A program made the translations under genes and the position numbers. From Gammaproteobacteria bacterium (GTDB lineage: Bacteria > Pseudomonadota > Gammaproteobacteria > Eutrophobiales > Eutrophobiaceae), in the NCBI GenBank assembly GCA_965238225.1, contig OZ250183.1, forward strand, positions 544,001-608,000: 64,000 bases of DNA, written 5' to 3'. This document shows positions 42,793-52,527 of this stretch, piece by piece (positions within the stretch are counted from its first letter, which is position 1; each line of letters starts with the position of its first letter). The notes under the pieces were generated by a model. The model worked only from the letters and a program-made list of their open reading frames with translations. It made no database searches and was not told the DNA's origin.

Positions 42793-43890
42793 ATGGATAT
42801 AAAATTAAAACTAATTGAGTTTCAAAACTACTTCAGCAGTCATTCTTATGAGGTTCAGGTATTCTTGGTTGTTTTTTGTACGTTGCTTGTAGGAGTTTCG
42901 CAACAGTGGGGTTTTGCAAGATTGTTTGCAAGGTCACAAAGTAATCGTTTCTATTTGGATGATTCCTTGATTGATGCTGCACGTCGTCCATTAACCATTC
43001 TTATATGGCTTATAGGGATTAGTTTTGCGGCTGAGATTGTCAAGAATGAAACTGGCGCAGCGATATTTAGCGCGATTGATCCTATTCGTGATGTCGGTAT
43101 TATTTTTACACTTGCGTGGTTTCTGATCAGATTCATTACACGTATAGAAAAAGATTTCTACCTGAAAAAAGAAGCTATAGGTAAAGAAGTCGATCACACA
43201 ACGACAGATGCGATTGCAAAGCTATTTAGAATATCCGTCATCATTACTGGGCTTTTGATGACATTACAAACACTGGGTTACAGTATTTCAGGAGTGCTTG
43301 CCTTTGGTGGTGTCGGTGGTATCGTTATTGGTTTTGCTGCAAAAGATTTGCTGGCTAATTTCTTTGGTGGTTTAATGATATACATGGACAGACCTTTCAA
43401 CAAGGGAGACTGGATCAGATCGCCGGATAGAGAAATTGAAGGTACAGTTGAGAATATTGGTTGGCGATTGACTCGAATTCAAACTTTCGACAAACGTCCT
43501 CTGTATGTGCCGAATTCAGTTTTCACTAATATCTTAGTTGAAAATCCTTCGCGCATGACAAATCGCCGTATCAAGGAAACCATCGGCATCCGTTATGCTG
43601 ATGTAAGCAAAATGGAAGCTATTATTGTTGATGTAAAAAACATGTTACAAGAACATGAAGATATTGATACGAATCAAACCTTGATAGTAAATTTCAATGA
43701 ATTCGCATTTTCATCTTTAGATTTTTTTATCTACACATTCACTAAAACAACCAATTGGATACGGTTTCATGAGGTAAAACAGGATATATTGCTGAAAGTT
43801 ATCGGAATTATTGAATCACATGGTGCTGAATGTGCATTCCCAACATCGACGGTGCATATTGCAGACGGCATTCCAAGCAGTCAATCTTGA
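42793..43890 (+). CDS. Small-conductance mechanosensitive channel (MscS/YnaI-like)
   Basis: GGVGGIVIGFAAKDLLANFFGG, DRPF..GDWI and GTVENIGWR motifs. Confidence 0.92.
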   Translation: MDIKLKLIEFQNYFSSHSYEVQVFLVVFCTLLVGVSQQWGFARLFARSQSNRFYLDDSLIDAARRPLTILIWLIGISFAAEIVKNETGAAIFSAIDPIRDVGIIFTLAWFLIRFITRIEKDFYLKKEAIGKEVDHTTTDAIAKLFRISVIITGLLMTLQTLGYSISGVLAFGGVGGIVIGFAAKDLLANFFGGLMIYMDRPFNKGDWIRSPDREIEGTVENIGWRLTRIQTFDKRPLYVPNSVFTNILVENPSRMTNRRIKETIGIRYADVSKMEAIIVDVKNMLQEHEDIDTNQTLIVNFNEFAFSSLDFFIYTFTKTTNWIRFHEVKQDILLKVIGIIESHGAECAFPTSTVHIADGIPSSQS

Positions 43891-43963
43891 TTTCGAGCAT
43901 AGTGAGATAGATCAATGTTTATTAATATATACCCTATTTTTCAGTGAGATTTGGTTGTTGTTT

Positions 43964-44641
43964 TTACATAAAGGATTTTTGTAAATTTGCTGAACATTTT
44001 GCCTTGATCTCAGCTATAGCTCTTGAAGATTCGCTCAGTGAATATTTAAAATGTGAAGACTGTTGACCATGCCAGTGAAGTTTTAGCAAGGCGGTACTTG
44101 AAGCAGCTATTTTTGAAATTGCAGCGCCACCATCTTGGAAGTGGATAAACTTAGCACCCCAGTCTTGAGTTAAAGTTACATCTTCAACCTGATTGTTCCA
44201 TTTGATTTGAGTCTTTATTAGGTTGTAGCCATCCTCGATTTCATCTTTTGTTAGGTTTGGAGATATATTAAAGCCGAAGTAAACCCACTCGTTTTCGCTA
44301 TCGCAGCCAACACCCATATAGCTATCAACATCGTCATAAGGGAATGACATTTTCCTCAATGGGTATGCTGTTGGAGAATGTGCATACGCTGAAAACTTAT
44401 TTGTCATCTCATCTTTATGGGTTGATATAGTCCAAGATGGTCTTGGAAGTTCAATTGAACTTTTGGTATTTGTGGTTGGAGTGGGGCTTTGACCTGCTGA
44501 ATACACGATAAAGACAATAAAAAGCAAAACCAGCCAAGTGAAAAACGAAGTTTTCTTAGGGGCTTCTGCACCACACCTGGGACATGTTTTAGCTTTTGTG
44601 CTTACTGATTCGCCACACTCTTTGCATTCTACTAATGCCAT
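43964..44641 (-). CDS. Former cassette gene: zinc ribbon, TM helix and extracytoplasmic domain
   Basis: MALVECKECGESVSTKAKTCPRCG; starts 25 bp after a degenerate attC. Confidence 0.75.
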   Translation of the reverse strand: MALVECKECGESVSTKAKTCPRCGAEAPKKTSFFTWLVLLFIVFIVYSAGQSPTPTTNTKSSIELPRPSWTISTHKDEMTNKFSAYAHSPTAYPLRKMSFPYDDVDSYMGVGCDSENEWVYFGFNISPNLTKDEIEDGYNLIKTQIKWNNQVEDVTLTQDWGAKFIHFQDGGAAISKIAASSTALLKLHWHGQQSSHFKYSLSESSRAIAEIKAKCSANLQKSFM

Positions 44642-44666
44642 TTAGTTTCCCTTGAGCGAAATTTAC

Positions 44667-44736
44667 ACATAAATTCTGCCATAATCGGAGACAAAAAGCG
44701 CAGTTTTTGGCATCCGTGTTTATGGTTTTTCTAGCT
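44667..44736 (-). other. Degenerate attC site (70 bp)
   Basis: AGCTAGA-AAAACCATAAACACGGATGCCAAAAA-CTGCGC-TTTTTGTCTCCGATTATGGCAGAA-TTTATGT; arms pair, both cores mutated; upstream stop sits at the R'' position. Confidence 0.7.
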
Positions 44737-45405
44737 ATTTTCATCTTCTATTTCATCAGTAATATATGAAACCAACATACGTCCGAGAGTAGTAATAACT
44801 ATTGTATTATTTTTGTTATTTCGTTTTTTGGTAAGTCCAAGCCTTGTAAGACTGGCCTTGTAGCTGTCTTGCAGCGCTGATTTTTCATATTCTTCCTTTG
44901 GCCGCCCCATTTCCCTGCTTACTGGCTTCAATATTTCTGGATGTTTACTTACCCACTTTGAGTGTCGCCCTTCTCCTAGAGTTGGATTTAATGAATAGTA
45001 AATTAACCATATTATTTCTGGATCAGTAAGTTCCCTATAAAGATTTAAAAGTTTTTTACTTTTTTCATATTTTATCTCATCTTCAGACAGGGAATTAGCA
45101 ACCAATTTTGCCAAACGCTCTCTTCTCTCCTCGAAGACAGCTCTTGCAGCTTGCATCATTCCTTCCTCAAATATATCCCAACCCTTTTCAGTTTTTAGAT
45201 TCTTTTCGACGATAGGTATTCTTTTTTCCATGCTTCTGATTTGCCCCTCCATACACTTGACATAGCTTACAATCCGATCACGCCTCGAATCTGGTACAAA
45301 ATTTAGCATTTCAGAGATTAATGCTCCCAGAATAGGACATGCACCAGCAATTGCTTTAGCAACACTAACAAGTTTGTCACGAGGATTTGGATCTAATTCA
45401 TGCAT
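44731..45405 (-). CDS. Former cassette gene: hypothetical helical protein
   Basis: 224-aa intact ORF bracketed by two degenerate attC sites. Confidence 0.75.
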   Translation of the reverse strand: MHELDPNPRDKLVSVAKAIAGACPILGALISEMLNFVPDSRRDRIVSYVKCMEGQIRSMEKRIPIVEKNLKTEKGWDIFEEGMMQAARAVFEERRERLAKLVANSLSEDEIKYEKSKKLLNLYRELTDPEIIWLIYYSLNPTLGEGRHSKWVSKHPEILKPVSREMGRPKEEYEKSALQDSYKASLTRLGLTKKRNNKNNTIVITTLGRMLVSYITDEIEDENS

Positions 45406-45425
45406 GCATTACCTTTTCTTAGTTT

Positions 45426-45491
45426 AGTTAATGTCTGAACTAAGGGACAGTTGGAGGTGTTCGGATGCTCTACTTAAGCGCTTAATTAGGC
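45426..45491 (-). other. Degenerate attC site (66 bp)
   Basis: GCCTAAT TAAGC GCTTAAGT...CCTTAGT TCAGAC ATTAACT; L boxes pair, AAC/GTT changed to AAT/ATT. Confidence 0.55.
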
Positions 45492-45823
45492 AAATTTTAT
45501 ACTCAGCTGGCAACGCATATTAGCACCTTTGTTGGTAATACATCTAGCCAAAAACTAGCCAAAAAAATAACTCTAGCGTTCTGCCTGCCAAAGCTTAACA
45601 AGCGCACGAGGTTTTTGTTTAAGACTGAGATTGCAACCGTAAAAATTCTACCTAAGTTGTGCCTTGAGCGCAGGGATGCTGCGCACTTTTTGTTATTTAG
45701 TTAAGAGAATAATCCTTATTGATTCAATAAAGTTAAATGCCTAAATATTATTGAGTGAAGCTATAAATTAATGATCATCTGGCTGGATTAGGCTTGCGCC
45801 AGGGAACGGTCTCTGTACCCTGT

Positions 45824-46660
45824 ATGTCTATGAAAATCCAGTTCACAAAGATGCACGGTCTTGGCAATGATTTTGTTGTGATAGACAGTTTCGCGCATGA
45901 GATTCAGTTGAATCCTGAGCAAGTGCGATTTATTGCAGATCGTCACTTTGGTATCGGTTGTGATCAATTATTATTACTTGCACCGTCTGACAAAGAGGGG
46001 ATAGACGTGCACTATTTGATTTATAACTCAGATGGCAGCGAGGTATCCCAGTGTGGTAATGGTGCAAGATGTGCTGCTGTTTATTTACGTGAGAATAGCT
46101 TGGTTGATGCAGACACAATCACCGCTGCAACCCGCGAAGGGGTGATTACCATGATTTTTGAAGCAGATGATCTGGTCAGAGTCAATATGGGCGTGCCCAA
46201 ATTGACGGCTGCTGATATACCAGTAGCGCCCGATGCAAACGCTAATGAGTGCCGACTAGATTTATTAGGCACAGAGATTGTATTTAGTGCGATTTCACTG
46301 GGCAATCCGCATGCTGTAATTATAGTGGATGATGTTCTATCTGCGCAGGTTTTGACTATAGGAGAGCAAATGCAACAGCAAACATTTTTCCCAGAAGGTG
46401 TGAATGTAGGGTTTATGCAGATTATAGATAGCAGTCATATCAAATTACGTGTTTATGAGCGAGGCGCAGGTGAAACATTAGCATGCGGGAGTGGTGCTTG
46501 TGCTGCAGTCGTGGCAGGATGTATCAATTCCGGTTTGGGTGAGGAAGTTGATGTAGCATTGCCAGGAGGGCATCTCTCAGTCAGATGGGCGGGGCATGGC
46601 GAACCTGTATGGATGACAGGATCTGCCACTTTTGTTTACAGGGGGCAAATATCATTATGA
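45824..46660 (+). CDS. dapF: Diaminopimelate epimerase
   Basis: FTKMHGLGNDF, CGNGARC, GNPH and ERGAGETLACGSG motifs. Confidence 0.97.
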   Translation: MSMKIQFTKMHGLGNDFVVIDSFAHEIQLNPEQVRFIADRHFGIGCDQLLLLAPSDKEGIDVHYLIYNSDGSEVSQCGNGARCAAVYLRENSLVDADTITAATREGVITMIFEADDLVRVNMGVPKLTAADIPVAPDANANECRLDLLGTEIVFSAISLGNPHAVIIVDDVLSAQVLTIGEQMQQQTFFPEGVNVGFMQIIDSSHIKLRVYERGAGETLACGSGACAAVVAGCINSGLGEEVDVALPGGHLSVRWAGHGEPVWMTGSATFVYRGQISL

Positions 46661-47472
46661 CAGTCGATAAAAACATAAGTCAGGGGCAAGACACCAAGCT
46701 GGAAAAAGAAATAAACAAGAAAGAAGATTCTGAACAAGTCACACCATTAATTTCAGCAAAAGATATTGCAGATTTTTTACGTCAGAACACAGAGTTCTTT
46801 AATGATTATCCTACGTTGCTTAGTGAATTATCATTGCCACACATAAATGGCGGATCGGTTTCCTTGATTGAGAAACAAGTTGCAGTGTTAAGAGAGCAAA
46901 ATAAGAAAACTACCAAACAATTACATGAATTAATTGAGATTGCGAACCAGAATGAAGAGCTTGCTAGAAAAATGCATCAATTAGGTTTGACGTTAATGGA
47001 TGCGACAAGCCCTGAGGATATTTTTACAACTTTGTATGATAATTTATCCAAGAACTTTCACGCAGATCGCGTTGCCGTTCGGATCTTTGGTGACCCAGCC
47101 TTTATTGATTCTTTTGCAGGCAAAGAATTTTCAGGCAAAGACACCAAGGAAATTTTATTATTTAAAACAATGATCGAAACTAGACAACCTATGTGTGGGC
47201 AGATGGAGCACCGGCAGCAGGAATTTCTATTTGGCACTGAACCTAATGAGATTGCATCGTCTGTTATAGTGCCATTACTGGGCGCAGGTTGGAGCGGGAT
47301 AATGGCTATTGGCAGTTTTAACCCAGATCGCTTTGAGCCAGGTATGGGCATGGAGTTGTTGGCAAATATGGCCGAGGTTTTTAGTTTTGTTTTAAAACCA
47401 TGGATAGTTGAGACCTACGAGCCTGCACTACAGAAAGGATGTAACGACATTGAAGAGCACAGAAATTCTTGA
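46657..47472 (+). CDS. DUF484 (YigA-like) protein
   Basis: SVSLIEKQVAVLR and FEPGMG motifs; dapF-yigA-xerC synteny; ATGA overlap at 46657. Confidence 0.85.
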   Translation: MTVDKNISQGQDTKLEKEINKKEDSEQVTPLISAKDIADFLRQNTEFFNDYPTLLSELSLPHINGGSVSLIEKQVAVLREQNKKTTKQLHELIEIANQNEELARKMHQLGLTLMDATSPEDIFTTLYDNLSKNFHADRVAVRIFGDPAFIDSFAGKEFSGKDTKEILLFKTMIETRQPMCGQMEHRQQEFLFGTEPNEIASSVIVPLLGAGWSGIMAIGSFNPDRFEPGMGMELLANMAEVFSFVLKPWIVETYEPALQKGCNDIEEHRNS

Positions 47473-47489
47473 TGATTGATTAGTCGCAC

Positions 47490-48386
47490 ATGAACCAGCA
47501 AGAAGCCTCAAGAACCGATCAGTTTTTGGGAACCCTGCAACATCTGTCTGAACATACCAGAAAATCTTACCAACATGATTTGAAGGTATTGCTTAAATTT
47601 ATTGACGCACAAGAGGTGTGTCAATGGAATGAATTGGATGGTCGTCAAATCCGCAGCTTTGTGGCTTGGCGATACAGGCAAGGTATCAAAGGTCGATCAT
47701 TACAACGAAATTTATCGGCAATACGCGCATTCTATCGTTATTTGATTGATGAGGGTGTGGCACAACAAAATCCTGCAGAAGGTGTGCAGCCTCCAAAATC
47801 CGCTAAAATTTTACCGAAATTGCTTGATGTGGATCAAGCTGCTCAGTTACTCGAGATAGATGATAAAGCTACATTAGCTATTCGTGATAAGGCCATCATG
47901 GAATTGATGTACTCCTCCGGTCTGCGCTTGTCTGAACTTGTTATGCTAAATATTGATAGTCTGGACATGGTCGATGCCATGGTAACGGTTGTTGGTAAAG
48001 GCAATAAAACACGTGTCGTTCCTATCGGCAAACAAGCATGCATGGCAATTAAGCAATGGTTAAAGTGTCGTGCTAAAATAGCAAATGATGAAGAGGTCTC
48101 GGTGTTTGTTAGTCAACGAGGGAAACGCATTAGTCGTCGTTCGATACAACAACGTTTGAAACAGTGGGCAATGAAGCAGGGAATCACGAATCACGTGAAT
48201 CCACATATGTTGCGACATTCGTTTGCCAGCCACTTACTCGAATCCAGCGGAGATTTACGTGCCGTTCAGGAATTGCTTGGCCATGAGGATATTAGTACGA
48301 CACAGGTGTATACACATTTGGACTTTCAGCATCTTGCCAATATTTATGATGCTGCGCACCCGCGTGCCCGCAAGAAGAAATCATAA
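47490..48386 (+). CDS. xerC: Tyrosine recombinase XerC
   Basis: YSSGLRLSEL and HMLRHSFASHLLESSGDLRAVQELLGH...YTH...AHPRA motifs; synteny. Confidence 0.95.
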   Translation: MNQQEASRTDQFLGTLQHLSEHTRKSYQHDLKVLLKFIDAQEVCQWNELDGRQIRSFVAWRYRQGIKGRSLQRNLSAIRAFYRYLIDEGVAQQNPAEGVQPPKSAKILPKLLDVDQAAQLLEIDDKATLAIRDKAIMELMYSSGLRLSELVMLNIDSLDMVDAMVTVVGKGNKTRVVPIGKQACMAIKQWLKCRAKIANDEEVSVFVSQRGKRISRRSIQQRLKQWAMKQGITNHVNPHMLRHSFASHLLESSGDLRAVQELLGHEDISTTQVYTHLDFQHLANIYDAAHPRARKKKS

Positions 48387-48563
48387 GCTTGATATTCTCC
48401 GTCTCAGGTCTGTCCCTGATCACTGCATACGAGCCATTAATTTACTGCGTGTAAAAATTTCTTTCTAGTAAACCAGACAGTCTCTAGTAAGATGCGCCTT
48501 CCAAAGTAATTTTGGTCAAATAAATTTGGCAGAGAAAATCTGTATAAAATCAGGAGAAATTAT

Positions 48564-49115
48564 TTGAAGCAATTTAAAGGCACAACGATTCTTTCAGTTC
48601 GCAGGAAAGATAGTGTGGTCATCGGTGGCGATGGGCAAGTCTCAATAGGAGATACTATTATGAAAGGTAATGCCAAGAAAGTTAAAAGATTGTATCACGA
48701 TAAGGTTATTACCGGGTTTGCAGGTGGCACGGCCGATGCATTTACCTTGTTTGAACGGTTTGAGGGGAAACTTGAAAAACATCAGGGTCATCTATTGAAA
48801 TCTGCTGTTGAGCTCGCCAAGGATTGGCGTACAGATAAAATGTTACGCAATCTAGAAGCTATGCTTTGTGTAGCTGATAAAAATATTTCTTTGGTTATTT
48901 CTGGAAATGGTGATGTTATTGAACCAGAAGACAATATCATGGCGATAGGTTCCGGTGGAGCTTATGCCAAAGCGGCGGCTTATGCCTTAATGAGTAATAC
49001 TAAAATAGGTGCACGGGATATTGTTGTTAAGGGGCTAAATATTGCAGCCGACATTTGTATTTATACGAACCACACACAAACTATAGAAGAACTTTCAGTG
49101 AAAGATTCTAAATAG
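48564..49115 (+). CDS. hslV: ATP-dependent protease subunit HslV
   Basis: [15 protein letters not shown] and IGSGG motifs. Confidence 0.97.
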   Translation: MKQFKGTTILSVRRKDSVVIGGDGQVSIGDTIMKGNAKKVKRLYHDKVITGFAGGTADAFTLFERFEGKLEKHQGHLLKSAVELAKDWRTDKMLRNLEAMLCVADKNISLVISGNGDVIEPEDNIMAIGSGGAYAKAAAYALMSNTKIGARDIVVKGLNIAADICIYTNHTQTIEELSVKDSK

Positions 49116-49157
49116 AGAAGCCAAAATAAAAAAGCTAAAGGATTTATAAAAATCAAT

Positions 49158-50498
49158 ATGAGTGGATTAACACCAAAAGAGATAGTTTGCGAATTAAATA
49201 AACATATAGTCGGGCAAGACGATGCCAAACGCGCAGTCGCTATTGCATTGCGTAACCGCTGGCGGCGGATGCAGGTAGATGAAGAGTTGCGCAATGAAAT
49301 TACTCCGAAAAATATTCTAATGATTGGACCAACGGGTGTAGGGAAAACAGAGATCGCAAGAAGACTTGCAAAATTGGTCGATGCCCCATTTATTAAGATT
49401 GAAGCAACTAAATTTACAGAAGTTGGCTATGTGGGCAGGGATGTCGAATCAATCATTCGTGATTTGACTGACATCTCAGTGAAAATAACCAGAGAAAATG
49501 ATCTGGAAAAAGTCAAGAGACAGGCAGAGCATGCGGCAGAAAACAGAATTCTGGATATTCTTTTGCCAGCACCACGCAGGTTTGCTAATGAACCTTCAGG
49601 TGAGGAAGAAGCTCCGACTGATAATGCAACAAGAGAAAAATTCCGCGTCAAGTTGCGCGAGGGCAAGCTTGATGACAAGCTTATTGAAGTGGAACTTAAT
49701 GCGCCCTCTGTTGGTGTTGAGATCATGGCTCCTCCTGGTATGGAAGAAATGACTAGCCAATTACAAGGTATGTTTCAGAGTATGTCTGGAGGTAAAAAGA
49801 ACGTACGTGAATTACGTGTCAAGGATGCATTAAAATTTCTTAACGAAGAAGAAGCCAACAGACTGGTTAATGATGATGAAATCAAGGCTGTTTCAATCGA
49901 AAATGTCGAGCAAAATGGAATCGTTTTTTTGGATGAAATTGACAAGGTTACACGCCGTTCTGAATCAAGTGCCCCAGATATTTCTCGCGAAGGTGTTCAG
50001 CGTGATTTATTACCGTTGGTCGAAGGTAGTACGGTATCTACCAAATACGGTATGGTAAAAACAGATCATATTCTTTTTATTGCTTCAGGTGCTTTTCATT
50101 TGGCTAAGCCATCAGATTTAATTCCTGAATTACAAGGACGTTTACCTATCAGGGTAGAGTTAAGTGCGCTCGGTACTGAAGATTTTATACGTATATTGAC
50201 TGAGCCAGATGCGTCACTAACAGAACAATATGCAGCACTAATGAAAGCAGAAGGAGTGAATCTTTCGTTCTCACAAGAGGGAATTAAAAGAGTTGCTGAG
50301 ATTGCTTGGCAGGTCAACGAGACAACCGAAAATATTGGCGCAAGGCGGTTGCATACTGTCATGGAAAGGTTACTTGAAGCATTATCTTACCAAGCATCTG
50401 ATCTAAAAGGAGACACCATTGTGGTAGATGCAGATTATGTCAATGATCACTTGGAAAAGTTGGTTCACGATGAAGATCTATCAAGATATATACTGTGA
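49158..50498 (+). CDS. hslU: ATP-dependent protease ATPase HslU
   Basis: [13 protein letters not shown] and DEIDK motifs; C-terminal DLSRYIL. Confidence 0.98.
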   Translation: MSGLTPKEIVCELNKHIVGQDDAKRAVAIALRNRWRRMQVDEELRNEITPKNILMIGPTGVGKTEIARRLAKLVDAPFIKIEATKFTEVGYVGRDVESIIRDLTDISVKITRENDLEKVKRQAEHAAENRILDILLPAPRRFANEPSGEEEAPTDNATREKFRVKLREGKLDDKLIEVELNAPSVGVEIMAPPGMEEMTSQLQGMFQSMSGGKKNVRELRVKDALKFLNEEEANRLVNDDEIKAVSIENVEQNGIVFLDEIDKVTRRSESSAPDISREGVQRDLLPLVEGSTVSTKYGMVKTDHILFIASGAFHLAKPSDLIPELQGRLPIRVELSALGTEDFIRILTEPDASLTEQYAALMKAEGVNLSFSQEGIKRVAEIAWQVNETTENIGARRLHTVMERLLEALSYQASDLKGDTIVVDADYVNDHLEKLVHDEDLSRYIL

Positions 50499-50869
50499 TG
50501 AAAAAGGAATCACCGCAGCCAGAGTCAATCAACCTTCATCAAAAATCTAGAATCCTTGAGATTAATTTCAGTGATGGTAAGTGCTCTGAACTATCTTGTG
50601 AATTACTCAGGGTTTATTCACCTTCAGCAGAAGTAAAAGGTCATGGCCCGGGGCAATCTGTGCTACAAAAAGGCAAGGAAAATGTTTCTATCACAAAGAT
50701 TGAACCTGTTGGTCGTTATGCTGTGAAATTGATTTTCGACGATGGGCATGAGACTGGCTTGTATTCGTGGGGCTATCTTTATGAGCTTGATGAGAACAAG
50801 GACAAACTGTGGAAAGACTATTTACAGAGCCTTAGTGATGCAGGGTACGAGCGACAGGACACATCTTAA
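50495..50869 (+). CDS. DUF971 (GBBH N-terminal-like) protein
   Basis: [26 protein letters not shown] motifs; typical position between hslU and ubiE. Confidence 0.88.
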   Translation: MMKKESPQPESINLHQKSRILEINFSDGKCSELSCELLRVYSPSAEVKGHGPGQSVLQKGKENVSITKIEPVGRYAVKLIFDDGHETGLYSWGYLYELDENKDKLWKDYLQSLSDAGYERQDTS

Positions 50870-51160
50870 GAATGTTCTCTATAACTATTTTTTTTATACA
50901 GTACATTATAGGCTTGTTTTTATAAAGTACACTATAGACTTGGATGAAAATGATAATAAAATGCTAGATTAAAGCATGGATACATTAGAGGAAATTATAG
51001 AAGGAAAGTTGCAAAGGTTAGGGCGTGCCATTTTATAATGAAGCAGAAATCAAAGCTCAGTTTGAGAAAGCATTTGGCAGTCTAATTTCAAATTAAAAGA
51101 CACTAATATTACTTTTTATTTTAGTAATATTTATTGAATTTTTTATTTATTAGATTATTA

Positions 51161-51907
51161 ATGAACAATAAAATAACAGACTTTGGCTACAAAAAAGTTG
51201 CCACAGAAGATAAGGCAAGTCTTGTCTCCAAGATATTTTATTCTGTCGCTGGTAATTATGATTTAATGAATGACTTGATGTCGTTTGGTATGCACAGGCT
51301 CTGGAAGAGATATGCTATAAATCTATCGGGTACCAAAAAAGGGCAGTCAGTGTTGGATGTTGCTTGCGGCACAGGTGACCTGTCAAAACTATTTCATCAG
51401 CGTGTAGGCAAAGATGGAACCGTATTGATGGTTGATATAAATAGTGCCATGTTGCATGAAGGTCGAGACAGATTAATTGATGCAGGCATTATCTCCGGGA
51501 TTGAATATGTTCAAGCAAATGCAGAAATACTTCCATTTGCAGATAATAGTTTTGATTGTGTCAATGTTGCTTTTGGGTTGCGTAATATGACTGATAAGCA
51601 GAAGGCGATTAATTCCATGTTTGCGAAATTACGTTATGGTGGTTGTCTAATCATTCTGGAATTTTCTAAAGTAGATCAAGCGAAATTGGCAAGCATCTAT
51701 GATGCTTATTCATTTAATATAATTCCTAAGATTGGAAAATTTATAGCAAAGGATGAGGCCAGTTATAAATATCTGGTTGAGTCAATTCGCATGCATCCCG
51801 ATCAGGAAACATTGAAAACTATGATTGAGTCAGCAGGATTTGCCAAGGTTGAATATTTCAATCTGATGGGCGGTATTGTTGCGATACACAGGGCTTATAA
51901 GCTTTGA
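51161..51907 (+). CDS. ubiE: Ubiquinone/menaquinone C-methyltransferase
   Basis: YDLMNDLMSFG.HRLWK, LDVACGTGD and FGLRN motifs. Confidence 0.96.
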   Translation: MNNKITDFGYKKVATEDKASLVSKIFYSVAGNYDLMNDLMSFGMHRLWKRYAINLSGTKKGQSVLDVACGTGDLSKLFHQRVGKDGTVLMVDINSAMLHEGRDRLIDAGIISGIEYVQANAEILPFADNSFDCVNVAFGLRNMTDKQKAINSMFAKLRYGGCLIILEFSKVDQAKLASIYDAYSFNIIPKIGKFIAKDEASYKYLVESIRMHPDQETLKTMIESAGFAKVEYFNLMGGIVAIHRAYKL

Positions 51908-52527
51908 GTAAAAATATGAAATTAGATAATCATCAAACTGTAATAATTGGCAGTGTCGAAAAGATGGTGAATAAAGTCTTATCCTTGGATGATGAGACAC
52001 TGGATGCCTTAGCAACATTAGAAGGTAATGTTATTGAAATTGATGTCCTGAATACAGACATCAGACTGTTTATTCTCCCTTCGGCTAAGGGGGTAACATT
52101 AGTTTCAGAATATGAAGACAAGATCGGTGTCTCAATAAAAGGAACACCCTCTGTGTTACTTAAGATGATTACTACTGAAAGAATTAACGCAGGTGATGTC
52201 GAAATTATTGGTAATGTTAAATTAGCTCATAAACTTCAATCCATTTTTAAAGAGATGGATATTGATTGGGAAGAATATCTAGCACAATTTATAGGAGATA
52301 TCACCGCTCATAAAGTCGGCAATCTTCTAAGAGGGATGATCCAGTTTGCAAAAGCGTCTAGCAAAACTATTGGTTTAGATATCAGTGAATACTTTCGTTA
52401 CGAGAAAGAAACATTATTAGATCAATCAGAGTTGAATGAATTTAATTATGCTGTAGATCAAATTCGTAATGATGTAGAACGCTTAAAAAAACGTGTGGAC
52501 AGGCTTTCGAGAAAAGATAACGAATGA
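51904..52527 (+). CDS. ubiJ: Ubiquinone biosynthesis accessory factor (SCP2 domain)
   Basis: DWEEYLAQFIGDI motif; lies between ubiE and ubiB. Confidence 0.88.
   Translation: MSKNMKLDNHQTVIIGSVEKMVNKVLSLDDETLDALATLEGNVIEIDVLNTDIRLFILPSAKGVTLVSEYEDKIGVSIKGTPSVLLKMITTERINAGDVEIIGNVKLAHKLQSIFKEMDIDWEEYLAQFIGDITAHKVGNLLRGMIQFAKASSKTIGLDISEYFRYEKETLLDQSELNEFNYAVDQIRNDVERLKKRVDRLSRKDNE

Noticed and set aside
47490-48386. Tyrosine recombinase as a possible integrase for the nearby cassettes
   Set aside because: Sequence and dapF-yigA-xerC synteny identify it as housekeeping XerC; it lacks IntI-specific features.
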